The translations under genes and the position numbers were made by a program. A DNA stretch of 48,012 nucleotides from Victivallaceae bacterium (GTDB lineage Bacteria; Verrucomicrobiota; Lentisphaeria; Victivallales; Victivallaceae). Below the pieces are notes generated by a model, which saw only the letters and a list, made by a program, of their open reading frames with translations, had not been told where the DNA came from and made no database searches. The stretch covers positions 1-48,012 of the forward strand of contig JAGYNC010000001.1 in assembly GCA_018400135.1 (NCBI GenBank), read 5' to 3'. How positions within the stretch are numbered: position 1 is the first letter of the stretch; every line of letters begins with the position of its first letter. Below, piece by piece: positions 1 through 8,366 of the stretch.

Positions 1-1182
1 CGCCGCTCTCCGCGTCGTGGGCACCGTGCCGCATGCCGTTTATAATTTCGTTCCGATGCGCGTTGAAAAGGTGATGAACATGAATACGCTTTTCCGCTGT
101 GACAATTGTGGACAGGATACGCTTGCCGCCACTCCCGATGCCATGCCGGGAGCCAAGTACAGTAATGCTGCCGCCGCTCAAATCATAACGGAATGTTATT
201 TTCATCAGAGCACCATCGGCAACATCGCCCGGCGGCTGAAAGTAAACAAAGGCACGCTGATCGGAATGGCGCACCGTTATGCGGATTTGCTCAAACCGCT
301 GTTTGACCAGACTTTGCTCGAATTGCGAAAATGCGTTTTTCTTCACGCTGACGAAACCGGCTGGTCAATGGACGGCAAACGCTCATATGTCTGGCTTTTC
401 GCCAACGCGCTGTTCCGGGTATTTCTGTTCCGCGATTCCCGCGGCTCCAAGGTGCCTCTGGAAGTTCTGGGACGGGAGAAGCTCATGCTGATTCTGATCG
501 TCGACCGCTATCGCGGCTATCTTCCGTTGCTGGTCGAACGCCAGTTCTGTTTCGTTCATCTTCTGCGCGATGTCAAAAAACTCAAACTGGACTTTCCAGA
601 CGACGCGCAAATCCTGGCATTCTGCGACGATCTGATGCCACAACTGAGCCAAGCCGTCAAGCTGCCGACATTGAGACTGACGCCGGAGGAATATCGCGAC
701 CGGGCGGAGCACATCCGGGAAAGCATCATGGAAATATGCGGCAAACCGTCAAACGATCCCGGTATTCAACATATCCAGGATATTTTCCGGATCAATGAAC
801 ATCAACTTTTTCATTGGGGCAAGAATCCGGATATTCCCTGCGAAAACAATTTCGCGGAACGCAACCTTCGCCCGGTGGTGATTTCACGAAAAACCAGCTT
901 CGGATGCCAGTCTGAAAGAGGAATGCAAACACGGGAAATCCTGATGACCATTCTGCACACCGCCAAGTGTCGGGGCCATGATCCCGCCACATTTCTGGAA
1001 AACGCCCTCAACGTCTTGACCTTGAATCCCAAAGCCGATCTGACGCAATTGCTCTTTTCCGACGCAATTCGTCTCCAGAACGTTGCCTGATTATCGAGCA
1101 ACGCCGGCAATTACGACTACCGGAAAGAGGCGATGCCCACGCATGCTCGAACATCAACGGCCTCGGCGGACTGACCGATTAC
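1..1182 (+). mobile_element. Right-hand part of an IS66-family insertion sequence; proposed right terminus ...CGATTAC at 1176-1182
   Basis: The transposase ends at 1090. IS66 elements end in 5'-GTAA/TTAC-3'. The reverse complement of 1159-1182 reads GTAATCGGTCAGTCCGCCGAGGCC, and AT-rich non-IS sequence starts just after. The left end is off-window, so the inverted repeat cannot be confirmed. Confidence 0.45.
2..1090 (+). CDS. IS66-family transposase (TnpC-like), N-terminus cut by the window edge
   Basis: The frame is open to base 2 with no upstream stop. It has a Zn-ribbon-like CDNCGQD, the HADETGW catalytic region and the C-terminal NNFAERNLRPVVISRKTSFGCQSERG motif typical of IS66 transposases. 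Confidence 0.85.
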   Translation, partial: AALRVVGTVPHAVYNFVPMRVEKVMNMNTLFRCDNCGQDTLAATPDAMPGAKYSNAAAAQIITECYFHQSTIGNIARRLKVNKGTLIGMAHRYADLLKPLFDQTLLELRKCVFLHADETGWSMDGKRSYVWLFANALFRVFLFRDSRGSKVPLEVLGREKLMLILIVDRYRGYLPLLVERQFCFVHLLRDVKKLKLDFPDDAQILAFCDDLMPQLSQAVKLPTLRLTPEEYRDRAEHIRESIMEICGKPSNDPGIQHIQDIFRINEHQLFHWGKNPDIPCENNFAERNLRPVVISRKTSFGCQSERGMQTREILMTILHTAKCRGHDPATFLENALNVLTLNPKADLTQLLFSDAIRLQNVA

Positions 1183-1221
1183 GGCCATTAAACTGAAACA
1201 GTAAAAAATCTCTTTTTTTTC

Positions 1222-1250
1222 TTGCAAATGAAGATTAAGTATGCTATAAT
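1222..1250 (+). promoter_or_regulatory. Near-consensus sigma70-type promoter (TTGCAA, 17-nt spacer, TATAAT)
   Basis: TTGCAA at 1222-1227, a 17-nt spacer, and TATAAT at 1245-1250. It sits in the AT-rich island leader about 600 nt upstream of the primase gene. Confidence 0.3.
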
Positions 1251-1599
1251 ATTAAAAAACCTGTTAGAATCAGGCCAAACGTAAAAAATTAAGGATAGCA
1301 AAAAAAAATGACTTAAAGAAACTATTACGGCACGTTATTAATCAGGAATCGTACGCGCCGGGCAAACCCGTTGGTTTGTTTCGTGTATTCCAACTCCCCT
1401 CCGAAAATCTCGCATGAAAAAATCTGCGATTCTGGTCACTATCTGTGGCTTAGATGATTAGGCGGTTCTTAGCGAACGCAGCCTCACTAGCACATTTGTT
1501 AGTGTTAATTTTATCCTAGGCGAATCCCGCCTCATTAAACTTTTTTGTATTTGTATTAATTATTTGTTATTTATGGCAGTTATTTAGGTGTTGAATATC

Positions 1600-1632
1600 G
1601 TGTTGAAGCTTCCCAGCGGGAAGCTTCAACAC
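1600..1632. repeat. Perfect 15-bp inverted repeat with a 3-nt loop (GTGTTGAAGCTTCCC-AGC-GGGAAGCTTCAACAC)
   Basis: Read directly from the sequence. GTGTTGAA also occurs 12 nt upstream at 1588-1595, and an AT-rich TATTTGT/TTATTT-rich tract precedes it. Confidence 0.8.
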
Positions 1633-1850
1633 GACAGCGTGTCCTATGTGTGGTTCCCTGCCAAAAATGGAACCGCAGATGAAACGTCGGTCGAAAGAAA
1701 TTTTGGTCGTGCCCTCGGGACTATTTCGAGTTCCGGTCGGCAAATGAAAGGCAATGTTTCCGCCCGCGAACTTGGCGGGAAAACCACGTCGGATCGTCCG
1801 GCGATTGCTTCAAGGCTTTGTGGGAAAACAAAAAAATCAAGGAGGATTAA

Positions 1851-3308
1851 ATGAACATTGATACCAGCAAAATAACTAAAAATTGGATGAAAGCCGCTGA
1901 AAAAAATTATGGGAAACCCTTTTTCCCTCAGAAAAGGGGAATGGATAAAATTAATGAAAGCTATTTAGCCGCATTAATCGCGGAAGTCTCGGGCATCAAA
2001 TACTATACGTCCGAAAATAGATTTTATTATTATCACGACGGAACTGGAGAATTTAAGCCCATGACTGACCATTCTGTTCTTGACCTCATTGGAAGAGTGA
2101 TTGTAAAATTGGCAGCCTCCATGGAACAATTTAAAAATATTCCACCTTATTTTTGTACGGCCAGAACACTGGATTCGGTTATAAAGCTAATCAAGGGAAA
2201 ATGTGAAGATTCGACATTTTTCAGTCGCGACCAGCTCCAGCTTCATATCCATTGCGCCAATAAGATGCTGGAATTTGACCGCAAGACGGATCGTTGGATT
2301 GCTAAACCCTTTTCCGCGGCTTATCGGAGCAGAAACAGAAATCCTCTGGCATATGCCCCGCGGGCAAAATGCCCTAAATTTATCGAAAATCTTTTGAAAC
2401 CGGCTATGAATGAAGATGACATCTCTCTTTTCCAGTGTTTTGTCGGACAATGTCTGCTGGGCTATAATTTTGGCCAGATTTTCCTTGTGCTTGTCGGCAT
2501 GGCAGGCGGTGGAAAGTCAACCTCAATCAATATCGTCGAGGGGCTTGTAGGGAAATGGAATTGTGTAGAGTTGCGCATCGAGCACATGGGTAGCAGGTTC
2601 GAAATTGGCCGTATTCACGGGAAAACCCTACTGACCGGCAAAGATATCCAACCCGAGCTATTAAGCGGTTCTTCAGTGGCAAAGCTCAAGTCGCTTACAG
2701 GCGGCGACACGCTCACTGCCGAATTCAAAGGCAGCAATTCCAGACTTGACGTGACTGGCACCGCCAATGTCGCCATCACCTGTAATGGGATTCCCCGATT
2801 CAAGCTGGATCAGGATGTCGATGCGTGGAAAAGACGAATCAGGGTTATTCGCTTTGAAAGACCGCCGACTAAAAATAAAATCGCGAATTTCGATAAGATA
2901 CTGCTTGAGGAAGAAGGGAGCGGTATTTTGAACTGGGCGCTGGAGGGAGCCACGCGCCTTTTGAAAAACGGCGGGCATATTCCCTTGACCATGGAGCAGG
3001 AACTCCGCGTCGATGGAATTATCGACTGTTCGCGCTCTTTCGACGTATTCGCCGACAAGTATATTCATCCAACCGCGAACGCGATAATTTCCACTGCCGA
3101 AGCGGTATCCTTTTACAGCAAGTTTTGCAAAGGAAAAGGATGGGTGCCGATGTCAGAAAGACTCGCCCAAAAAGCTTTTCATGCGTACATGCGAACCCAG
3201 TATGGGGCCTCGCTTCGTACCGATATCAAAGTAATTGACGAAGACGGCAAACTCAAAAACCGCAGAGGTTACGCCGGATATCAAATCACAAACAAAAAAG
3301 GAGTTTGA
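1851..3308 (+). CDS. Phage/plasmid primase-helicase, P4/D5 family (SF3 NTPase)
   Basis: Strong RBS AAGGAGG upstream of the ATG. Walker A is VGMAGGGKST, and the D5_N-like N-terminal region and C-terminal architecture are typical of P4-family primase C-terminal domain proteins. Confidence 0.8.
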   Translation: MNIDTSKITKNWMKAAEKNYGKPFFPQKRGMDKINESYLAALIAEVSGIKYYTSENRFYYYHDGTGEFKPMTDHSVLDLIGRVIVKLAASMEQFKNIPPYFCTARTLDSVIKLIKGKCEDSTFFSRDQLQLHIHCANKMLEFDRKTDRWIAKPFSAAYRSRNRNPLAYAPRAKCPKFIENLLKPAMNEDDISLFQCFVGQCLLGYNFGQIFLVLVGMAGGGKSTSINIVEGLVGKWNCVELRIEHMGSRFEIGRIHGKTLLTGKDIQPELLSGSSVAKLKSLTGGDTLTAEFKGSNSRLDVTGTANVAITCNGIPRFKLDQDVDAWKRRIRVIRFERPPTKNKIANFDKILLEEEGSGILNWALEGATRLLKNGGHIPLTMEQELRVDGIIDCSRSFDVFADKYIHPTANAIISTAEAVSFYSKFCKGKGWVPMSERLAQKAFHAYMRTQYGASLRTDIKVIDEDGKLKNRRGYAGYQITNKKGV

Positions 3309-3310
3309 AA

Positions 3311-4045
3311 ATGCATCCTACTATCGACGACATCGAAAAAACCGTATGTAACGTGTTGAAGCGTAAGACTTCAAGCTCAAGCAGGCGGGAGGAATCAATG
3401 CCTCAAGAACTACTCCCTGCTATTGAGGAACAGGCAAATCTGGCCTTCGCGAGTCAATCATTGCCATCAGGATTACTTTGTCCCGAAGAATCCAACGAGT
3501 ATAAATCCATAAAAAGCGTTCTCGAATATGCGGGGATGCCGACCGATTATTACTGTTTGGATTTTGTCATGAACAACTCTCCGATACGAATGGCTGATCC
3601 TGTCCAGCTGACCATGGCGCAAATAATCGCCTTCTGTCGCGATCTCCGAAGCAATGGCAATAGTTATCCCTTTTTCTTATCCAGCGAGACTTTGTTCTCC
3701 TTGGTAGAGCAAATAGACATGCTCCCCAATATGCTGGGGTTCCACTACCCTGATGCGTTGCGGCGGGAATGTCAATTTCTGGTACCTCGCCCAATCGATG
3801 AAAGAATGCCTATCTCCCAAGTCACTATACCTTTACAGCGCTTCCTGCAAAACCAGCAACACCTGCATTGCCCAAGGATGCTCGGAACGGGACTGTTACT
3901 GTCGCTGTTGCACAGGTTTTTGCGCGGCAACGAAAAGCTGACAAAGGCGGATTGGACGCCGCTCGTGAGAACGGTTGAATCTCCGAACCGTTATGAACCT
4001 CTGGCATTTATTCTCAACGAAACCGTAGATGCATTAACCCCTTAA
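3311..4045 (+). CDS. Hypothetical protein (island cargo)
   Basis: The ATG at 3311 follows RBS AAGGAG at 3297-3302; the track start at 3305 is a TTG. The gene is packed tightly against the primase stop. I recognise no motif. Confidence 0.6.
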   Translation: MHPTIDDIEKTVCNVLKRKTSSSSRREESMPQELLPAIEEQANLAFASQSLPSGLLCPEESNEYKSIKSVLEYAGMPTDYYCLDFVMNNSPIRMADPVQLTMAQIIAFCRDLRSNGNSYPFFLSSETLFSLVEQIDMLPNMLGFHYPDALRRECQFLVPRPIDERMPISQVTIPLQRFLQNQQHLHCPRMLGTGLLLSLLHRFLRGNEKLTKADWTPLVRTVESPNRYEPLAFILNETVDALTP

Positions 4046-4056
4046 AAAAAGGAAAC

Positions 4057-6030
4057 ATGAACATGATAATAACAAAAAGCGCTGGATCAGTGGGGCGGGG
4101 TGTTCTTAAACAACATTTGCAACAAGTTCCATTGAAAAAATATCCCGATTTACAAATATTTCGTGACAACAATCTAGAAAAGGATGCTATTCAATGTTCG
4201 GGAGTCGAGTTAATAATAAGAAACGACATGCACTCCGCTAATCTGCGGAGACGCATGCAAATCTCATTTGATTCTCAAGGCAGCCCGATCTTATGTAACG
4301 GCAGCATAAAAATTCTGCCAAACCAACCGAGCAGTTTTTTTACAGGGTTGTCATTCAACCCATTCTGGCCTCAACCAGAATGCGAACCGACCATTTATCA
4401 ATACGATCAACCAACAAAATACTCGATTTACAACCGGGATTCATCAATTGATGCCAAGTTCATAATGTTGAGAATATGCCAACCGGATGCCAACATAAGT
4501 TACTGCGTGGGTTCTGAGTTTTGGAGCGACAAAGACAAGGAATTCGGGCGTTATCTAGGAAAAGAATGGGATGTATCCGGAGAGTGGAATAGCCGTGAGG
4601 ATTCTATCGACGGCCCATGGAGCCGTGTTCCAATTCAGCAACCTGGTGCTAACATTTTTCGCGCCTTGGATTTTGCGGATACGCCATCTTATTACTTGGA
4701 ATATTACCCCAACGGCAGGAGCTACTCGATCCTGCCGTTACAATTCTATCAGCACCATTCGTATAAATCCCCGCTGAAGCTGTTTGTCCCTCCGCGTCCG
4801 CCATACACGCTAGTCAACTCGCAATATGTGGGCCGCTTTCCTAAGGCAAAAGTGTATCTTACGGATGATTTTTTTTTGGCACTTTTGAATGCACAATGCC
4901 CTGAATATGTTTTCCTGTGGAATCCCGGAGGCAACGCATGGGTTGAAAATCTAGACATAAGCAAATTACACGGGCGCAGGGTAACTTGCCCCGTCGTCCA
5001 AATCCATACCGAAAACCATAATATCGCCCAATCCTACCAATCCGCGCTCAATATGGCGAATAGATTGGAGGCTAGTGGAATTAAAACGGAGTTCTCTGAA
5101 ATCAAATTCCCGCGAAGCCATGATATTGGATTCCAACTACCCGTGGGGCCATGTCTCGAAAGTATTAGAACGAAATCTGGTGATGAAAAAATCATCTCAA
5201 AAAGTGAATTCATAAAACACGCCCAGGCACATGGGGCACATGTTCCAGACCTGTTGAGGCTTGATCGTTTTGGCTGTCTCGATGTTCAGAAACTCGAAAA
5301 AACAATTCCGCTTATTGAAAATTGTGTAGACTCGGGGGAGGTCACGATTATCGTCGAACATAGCAGGATCGATCAAAACATGGTATCAAGCCTGCTGTTT
5401 TCAATATTGATTGGCTCGGGCCGGAATACATTGCCTTTCTGGCGAAAAGTCTCGGATTCACAGCTCTCGTGCTTAGTGTTCCTTGATTTTGACCGTGCTA
5501 AACATTTCATGACCCATTTCCGACGTTATAGCTTGGCGGAAGTGGAGTGTCTGAAAAACTCGATTCACAGCACCAAGATTTTCATGTATCCAGAAAAAGA
5601 TGGATATTCTGAATTCAAAAAATTGGTGGGAATAAAATTACCCAAGGTCGTGATATTTGATGCCGAGTCCCTTAGGCATGGCAACGCGCAGCGAATTCAG
5701 TTACTGAGGAACGTTATGCATTATTGTGCCAGCGAAAATATCGCAGTGGTCATTGTCGTCAGAAGCCAACAGTTACTTCAACTCATACCTTGTCCCGATA
5801 GGCAAATCGAAGTGTGGAGTGACAATTCCGGAGATTCTGCACTTCTGGTCGAAGAAAAAGGAAATCATCAGGGATTTGATCCTTTCAAGATTTCCTTCAA
5901 TAATAAAGACCTCGTAATGGAACCTCTAGACGAAGATGTTCTGGCAAACCTCCCTGAACGCCAGCGTTGGTCAACATATAAGCCTGGTGTTGATCCGGAT
6001 GTTTTGGAAGAACTAAATTCCATGTCATAA
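4057..6030 (+). CDS. Hypothetical 657-aa protein (island cargo), possibly degenerate Toprim-like plus RecA/AAA_25-like regions
   Basis: Long ORF with RBS AAGGAAA, lying 11 nt after the previous stop. There are Walker-B-like hydrophobic-D strands (LVFLDFD, VVIFDAES, IAVVIVV) but no Walker A GKS/T. Confidence 0.65.
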   Translation: MNMIITKSAGSVGRGVLKQHLQQVPLKKYPDLQIFRDNNLEKDAIQCSGVELIIRNDMHSANLRRRMQISFDSQGSPILCNGSIKILPNQPSSFFTGLSFNPFWPQPECEPTIYQYDQPTKYSIYNRDSSIDAKFIMLRICQPDANISYCVGSEFWSDKDKEFGRYLGKEWDVSGEWNSREDSIDGPWSRVPIQQPGANIFRALDFADTPSYYLEYYPNGRSYSILPLQFYQHHSYKSPLKLFVPPRPPYTLVNSQYVGRFPKAKVYLTDDFFLALLNAQCPEYVFLWNPGGNAWVENLDISKLHGRRVTCPVVQIHTENHNIAQSYQSALNMANRLEASGIKTEFSEIKFPRSHDIGFQLPVGPCLESIRTKSGDEKIISKSEFIKHAQAHGAHVPDLLRLDRFGCLDVQKLEKTIPLIENCVDSGEVTIIVEHSRIDQNMVSSLLFSILIGSGRNTLPFWRKVSDSQLSCLVFLDFDRAKHFMTHFRRYSLAEVECLKNSIHSTKIFMYPEKDGYSEFKKLVGIKLPKVVIFDAESLRHGNAQRIQLLRNVMHYCASENIAVVIVVRSQQLLQLIPCPDRQIEVWSDNSGDSALLVEEKGNHQGFDPFKISFNNKDLVMEPLDEDVLANLPERQRWSTYKPGVDPDVLEELNSMS

Positions 6031-6275
6031 ACGTGCCGTAACTCATGCACGCAAAAACAACACAAAAGGAGGTACTCGGAATAAGAAAACAAAATCGGAA
6101 CCAGTAGCAGAACTCACAACAACGCGAGGCAAAAATGAAAGGAACAATCGGGTAAAATGGCTACCCTAGGCCAAAGAACCGAGAGTGGCGTTGAGTGCCG
6201 ATCTCGGTCCGACGACAGATATTCTTCTGTCAAATTTATATTAATAACTCCTTGTGATGGGGAGGCGGAGTTCAG

Positions 6276-6647
6276 GTGAAAACGCTGATGAAAGCACCTG
6301 TCCGTTATACAACTGTGAAACTTATAGGCCGGTTGCTTCAGCCGATTGCAGAAGCCGGGGCTATAAATATTCCAGAACTCAATGAAATTATGGCAAACCT
6401 GCGGCATCTCGCTCAAAAAGGCGAGTTGCTGCCGGATATGCCACCAAAACTTTTGACACAGCGTGAAGTTGCTGAAATGTTAAATATATCATTTCCGCAC
6501 TTTCGTGATTTGGAGCGCGAGGGACATTTTACCTTCCGCAGAAAAATGGTAGGAACTGCCGTTCGCTATTACAATATTGAAGTAGTGAAGTACATTTTAT
6601 CGCTTGACGAAGATGCCAATTTTTCGAGACAGGCTAAAATCGCATAA
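6276..6647 (+). CDS. Small HTH DNA-binding protein, excisionase/AlpA/MerR-like
   Basis: The segment LTQREVAEMLNISFPHFRDLEREGHF is typical of excisionase-family HTH domains. The gene converges on the integrase and is followed by an intrinsic terminator. It uses a GTG start; an alternative ATG lies at 6288. Confidence 0.55.
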   Translation: MKTLMKAPVRYTTVKLIGRLLQPIAEAGAINIPELNEIMANLRHLAQKGELLPDMPPKLLTQREVAEMLNISFPHFRDLEREGHFTFRRKMVGTAVRYYNIEVVKYILSLDEDANFSRQAKIA

Positions 6648-6660
6648 ACTTGTTTGATGG

Positions 6661-6696
6661 GCCTCGGGAAAGAAACACAACTTCCCGAGGCTTTTT
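6661..6696 (+). terminator. Rho-independent terminator (GCCTCGGGAA-loop-TTCCCGAGGC followed by TTTTT)
   Basis: A 10-bp GC-rich stem and a T-run directly follow the HTH gene stop, between the convergent genes. Confidence 0.65.
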
Positions 6697-6710
6697 CATA
6701 TCAGGAAAGT

Positions 6711-8084
6711 TTATCCACCCAAAATGGCGCGAAGCCGTTTCAATAGCCCAGTTGTAGGCTCGGGGTTCTGGGCCAGCAAAGCAAGCGCTTTTCTGATTCG
6801 CTCTTGAGGGCTGTCGCCCGTTGTTGTCATGGTATCGGTAATTGCCGCGATAGCCTGTTTTTGGGAGTCGCTTGAGACATGAGTGTAGAATTTATCGGCT
6901 ATTTTAGAGTCCGTGCCGAGAATCGATAACAGAGTAGATTTCGGGACGTTTGCCTCGGCACAAAACGAACAAAAAGAATGCCTGAGAGAGTGGAAGCCGT
7001 AGACCGTCATTTTTTTTGCTCGACCAGGTACTTTGACCGAAGGCTCCAGCCGAATCCAGCGGATTACGCGCATCACGTCTATGTTCACGAGGTTGTTCCC
7101 AACGTTTTTCCCGAGAGCGTTGGTTTTGTTATAACGGGCAGCGGTTTTCGGACACACATAGAGTTCCTTTCGCCAGCCTTCGGCTTCTCTCAGTGCCTCC
7201 AATAACGGAGGGGCGATGGGAATGGTTACATTCCTGCCGGTCTTGTACTGATGAACGTAAAGCTGGCCGAGGGCAAAATCAATATTTTGCCACTGCATTA
7301 AAACACAATCCTTCATCCGCTGACCTGTATACATACCAATTATATAAATTATTCTGATCTCATTTTTGTTGATCAATTTGCGTTCAGGATTTTTCAATTC
7401 TCTAAGCAAGGCCTGCTCCTGTTCCCTGGTGAAAGCCTGACGGCGAATCACCGATGATTGTTCTTCTCGAACATTGCGCAGCAATGATTTTTTACGGAAG
7501 GGGTTTTCGTGTTCGCAATAGTCTCCCAATACATCGAGGATTTTTCGTAAACGCTTTATCTTGCGGTTGTGGGTATCCACCGCCAGACTATTGGTTCTCA
7601 ACATGGACGCGTATTCTTCGGCAACCGCTGGAGTAATCTCGTTTATCGAGGAAATAATCGTGTGCAGAATTTCTCTGCTGGCAGTTGGAGAAGAGACAAA
7701 ATCCACGAACTCCTTGAAGGTCGATTGATAGGCCAACTGTTCGCTAACGGTATGTGGCATGGCGCGATCAGGACTTGCTGAATATTTTGCCCACGCATCT
7801 TCAATCGGCAGAATTTGACTGCGTTTGGCAAAACCTCTGGCAGCGCTGACATGCGCGGCGACGATTTCCACCTGATTTGCCTTTACAATCGGGATGAGTT
7901 CCTTGGCTTTTCGTTCCGCTTCGTTTTTGTTGTGAGTCTTCAGCGGAACATCTTTTCGCTGACCGTTGATCTGATAGCGAAAATAGTATGTGCCTCCTTT
8001 GACTTTTTGCCTGATTGATCCGAATTCGAGTTTCATGCAAATGACCTTGGTTTGTCTTGACATAAACGCATTCCTGTAAACCAC
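6711..8084 (-). CDS. int: Tyrosine-type site-specific recombinase/integrase
   Basis: Catalytic signature present: YTGQRMKD (R), HSLRHSF (HxxR) and FYTH (Y). It is adjacent to a tRNA 3' end. Alternative ATG starts lie at 8063 and 8036. Confidence 0.9.
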   Translation of the reverse strand: MVYRNAFMSRQTKVICMKLEFGSIRQKVKGGTYYFRYQINGQRKDVPLKTHNKNEAERKAKELIPIVKANQVEIVAAHVSAARGFAKRSQILPIEDAWAKYSASPDRAMPHTVSEQLAYQSTFKEFVDFVSSPTASREILHTIISSINEITPAVAEEYASMLRTNSLAVDTHNRKIKRLRKILDVLGDYCEHENPFRKKSLLRNVREEQSSVIRRQAFTREQEQALLRELKNPERKLINKNEIRIIYIIGMYTGQRMKDCVLMQWQNIDFALGQLYVHQYKTGRNVTIPIAPPLLEALREAEGWRKELYVCPKTAARYNKTNALGKNVGNNLVNIDVMRVIRWIRLEPSVKVPGRAKKMTVYGFHSLRHSFCSFCAEANVPKSTLLSILGTDSKIADKFYTHVSSDSQKQAIAAITDTMTTTGDSPQERIRKALALLAQNPEPTTGLLKRLRAILGG

Positions 8085-8174
8085 AGGTTACAGCACAATA
8101 TATCACGATCATGGACTATGCAAAGGCAAAGTGGGGAAAAGTGGGTCAAAAAAGAAGAAATTTGAGGCTAAAAA

Positions 8175-8264
8175 TGGCGGAGAGAGAGGGATTCGAACCC
8201 TCGGTGGAGTTACCCCCACACAGCATTTCCAATGCTGCGCCTTCGACCACTCGGCCATCTCTCC
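8175..8264 (-). tRNA. tRNA-Ser (anticodon GGA), 90 nt with a long variable arm and encoded CCA
   Basis: The reverse complement reads GGAGAGATGGCCGAGTGGTCGAAGGCGCAGCATTGGAAATGCTG...GAGGGTTCGAATCCCTCTCTCTCCGCCA. The acceptor stem is GGAGAGA/TCTCTCC, the anticodon loop is TTGGAAA, and the T-loop is GGTTCGAATCC. Confidence 0.93.
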
Positions 8265-8366
8265 GTATTGGGGAGTGTGTTGAAAATTCACGAGCGCATA
8301 ATATAGCGCATTGGCTTAAATAAACAAGAAAAGAAAGGGCTTGGTCGTGAGAAATCCGGGGGGCGT

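Larger units (their letters stand above)
1183..8174. mobile_element. Integrative genomic island at tRNA-Ser(GGA) carrying int, an xis-like HTH gene, a primase-helicase and two unknown genes; left boundary unresolved
   Basis: A tyrosine integrase lies directly next to the 3' end of the tRNA, with a P4/D5 primase-helicase operon and an AT-rich non-coding leader. No direct repeat of the tRNA 3' end was found inside the window, so the island may extend beyond the left edge. Confidence 0.6.

Noticed and set aside
1183-1850. The second att site (a direct repeat of the tRNA-Ser 3' end) inside the island leader.
   Set aside because: The only match found was the 8-mer CGAATCCC at about 1521, and it is in the inverted orientation. 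That is too short and wrongly oriented, so the distal att is presumably off-window.
1588-1854. An 88-aa ORF upstream of the primase gene.
   Set aside because: It uses a non-ATG start inside the perfect hairpin and has no RBS. Its product is basic and low-complexity, and its end overlaps the primase start. It is more likely non-coding leader.
6114-6416. A 100-aa minus-strand ORF between the 657-aa gene and the HTH gene.
   Set aside because: It overlaps the 5' part of the better-supported HTH gene on the opposite strand and has no RBS or recognisable motif.
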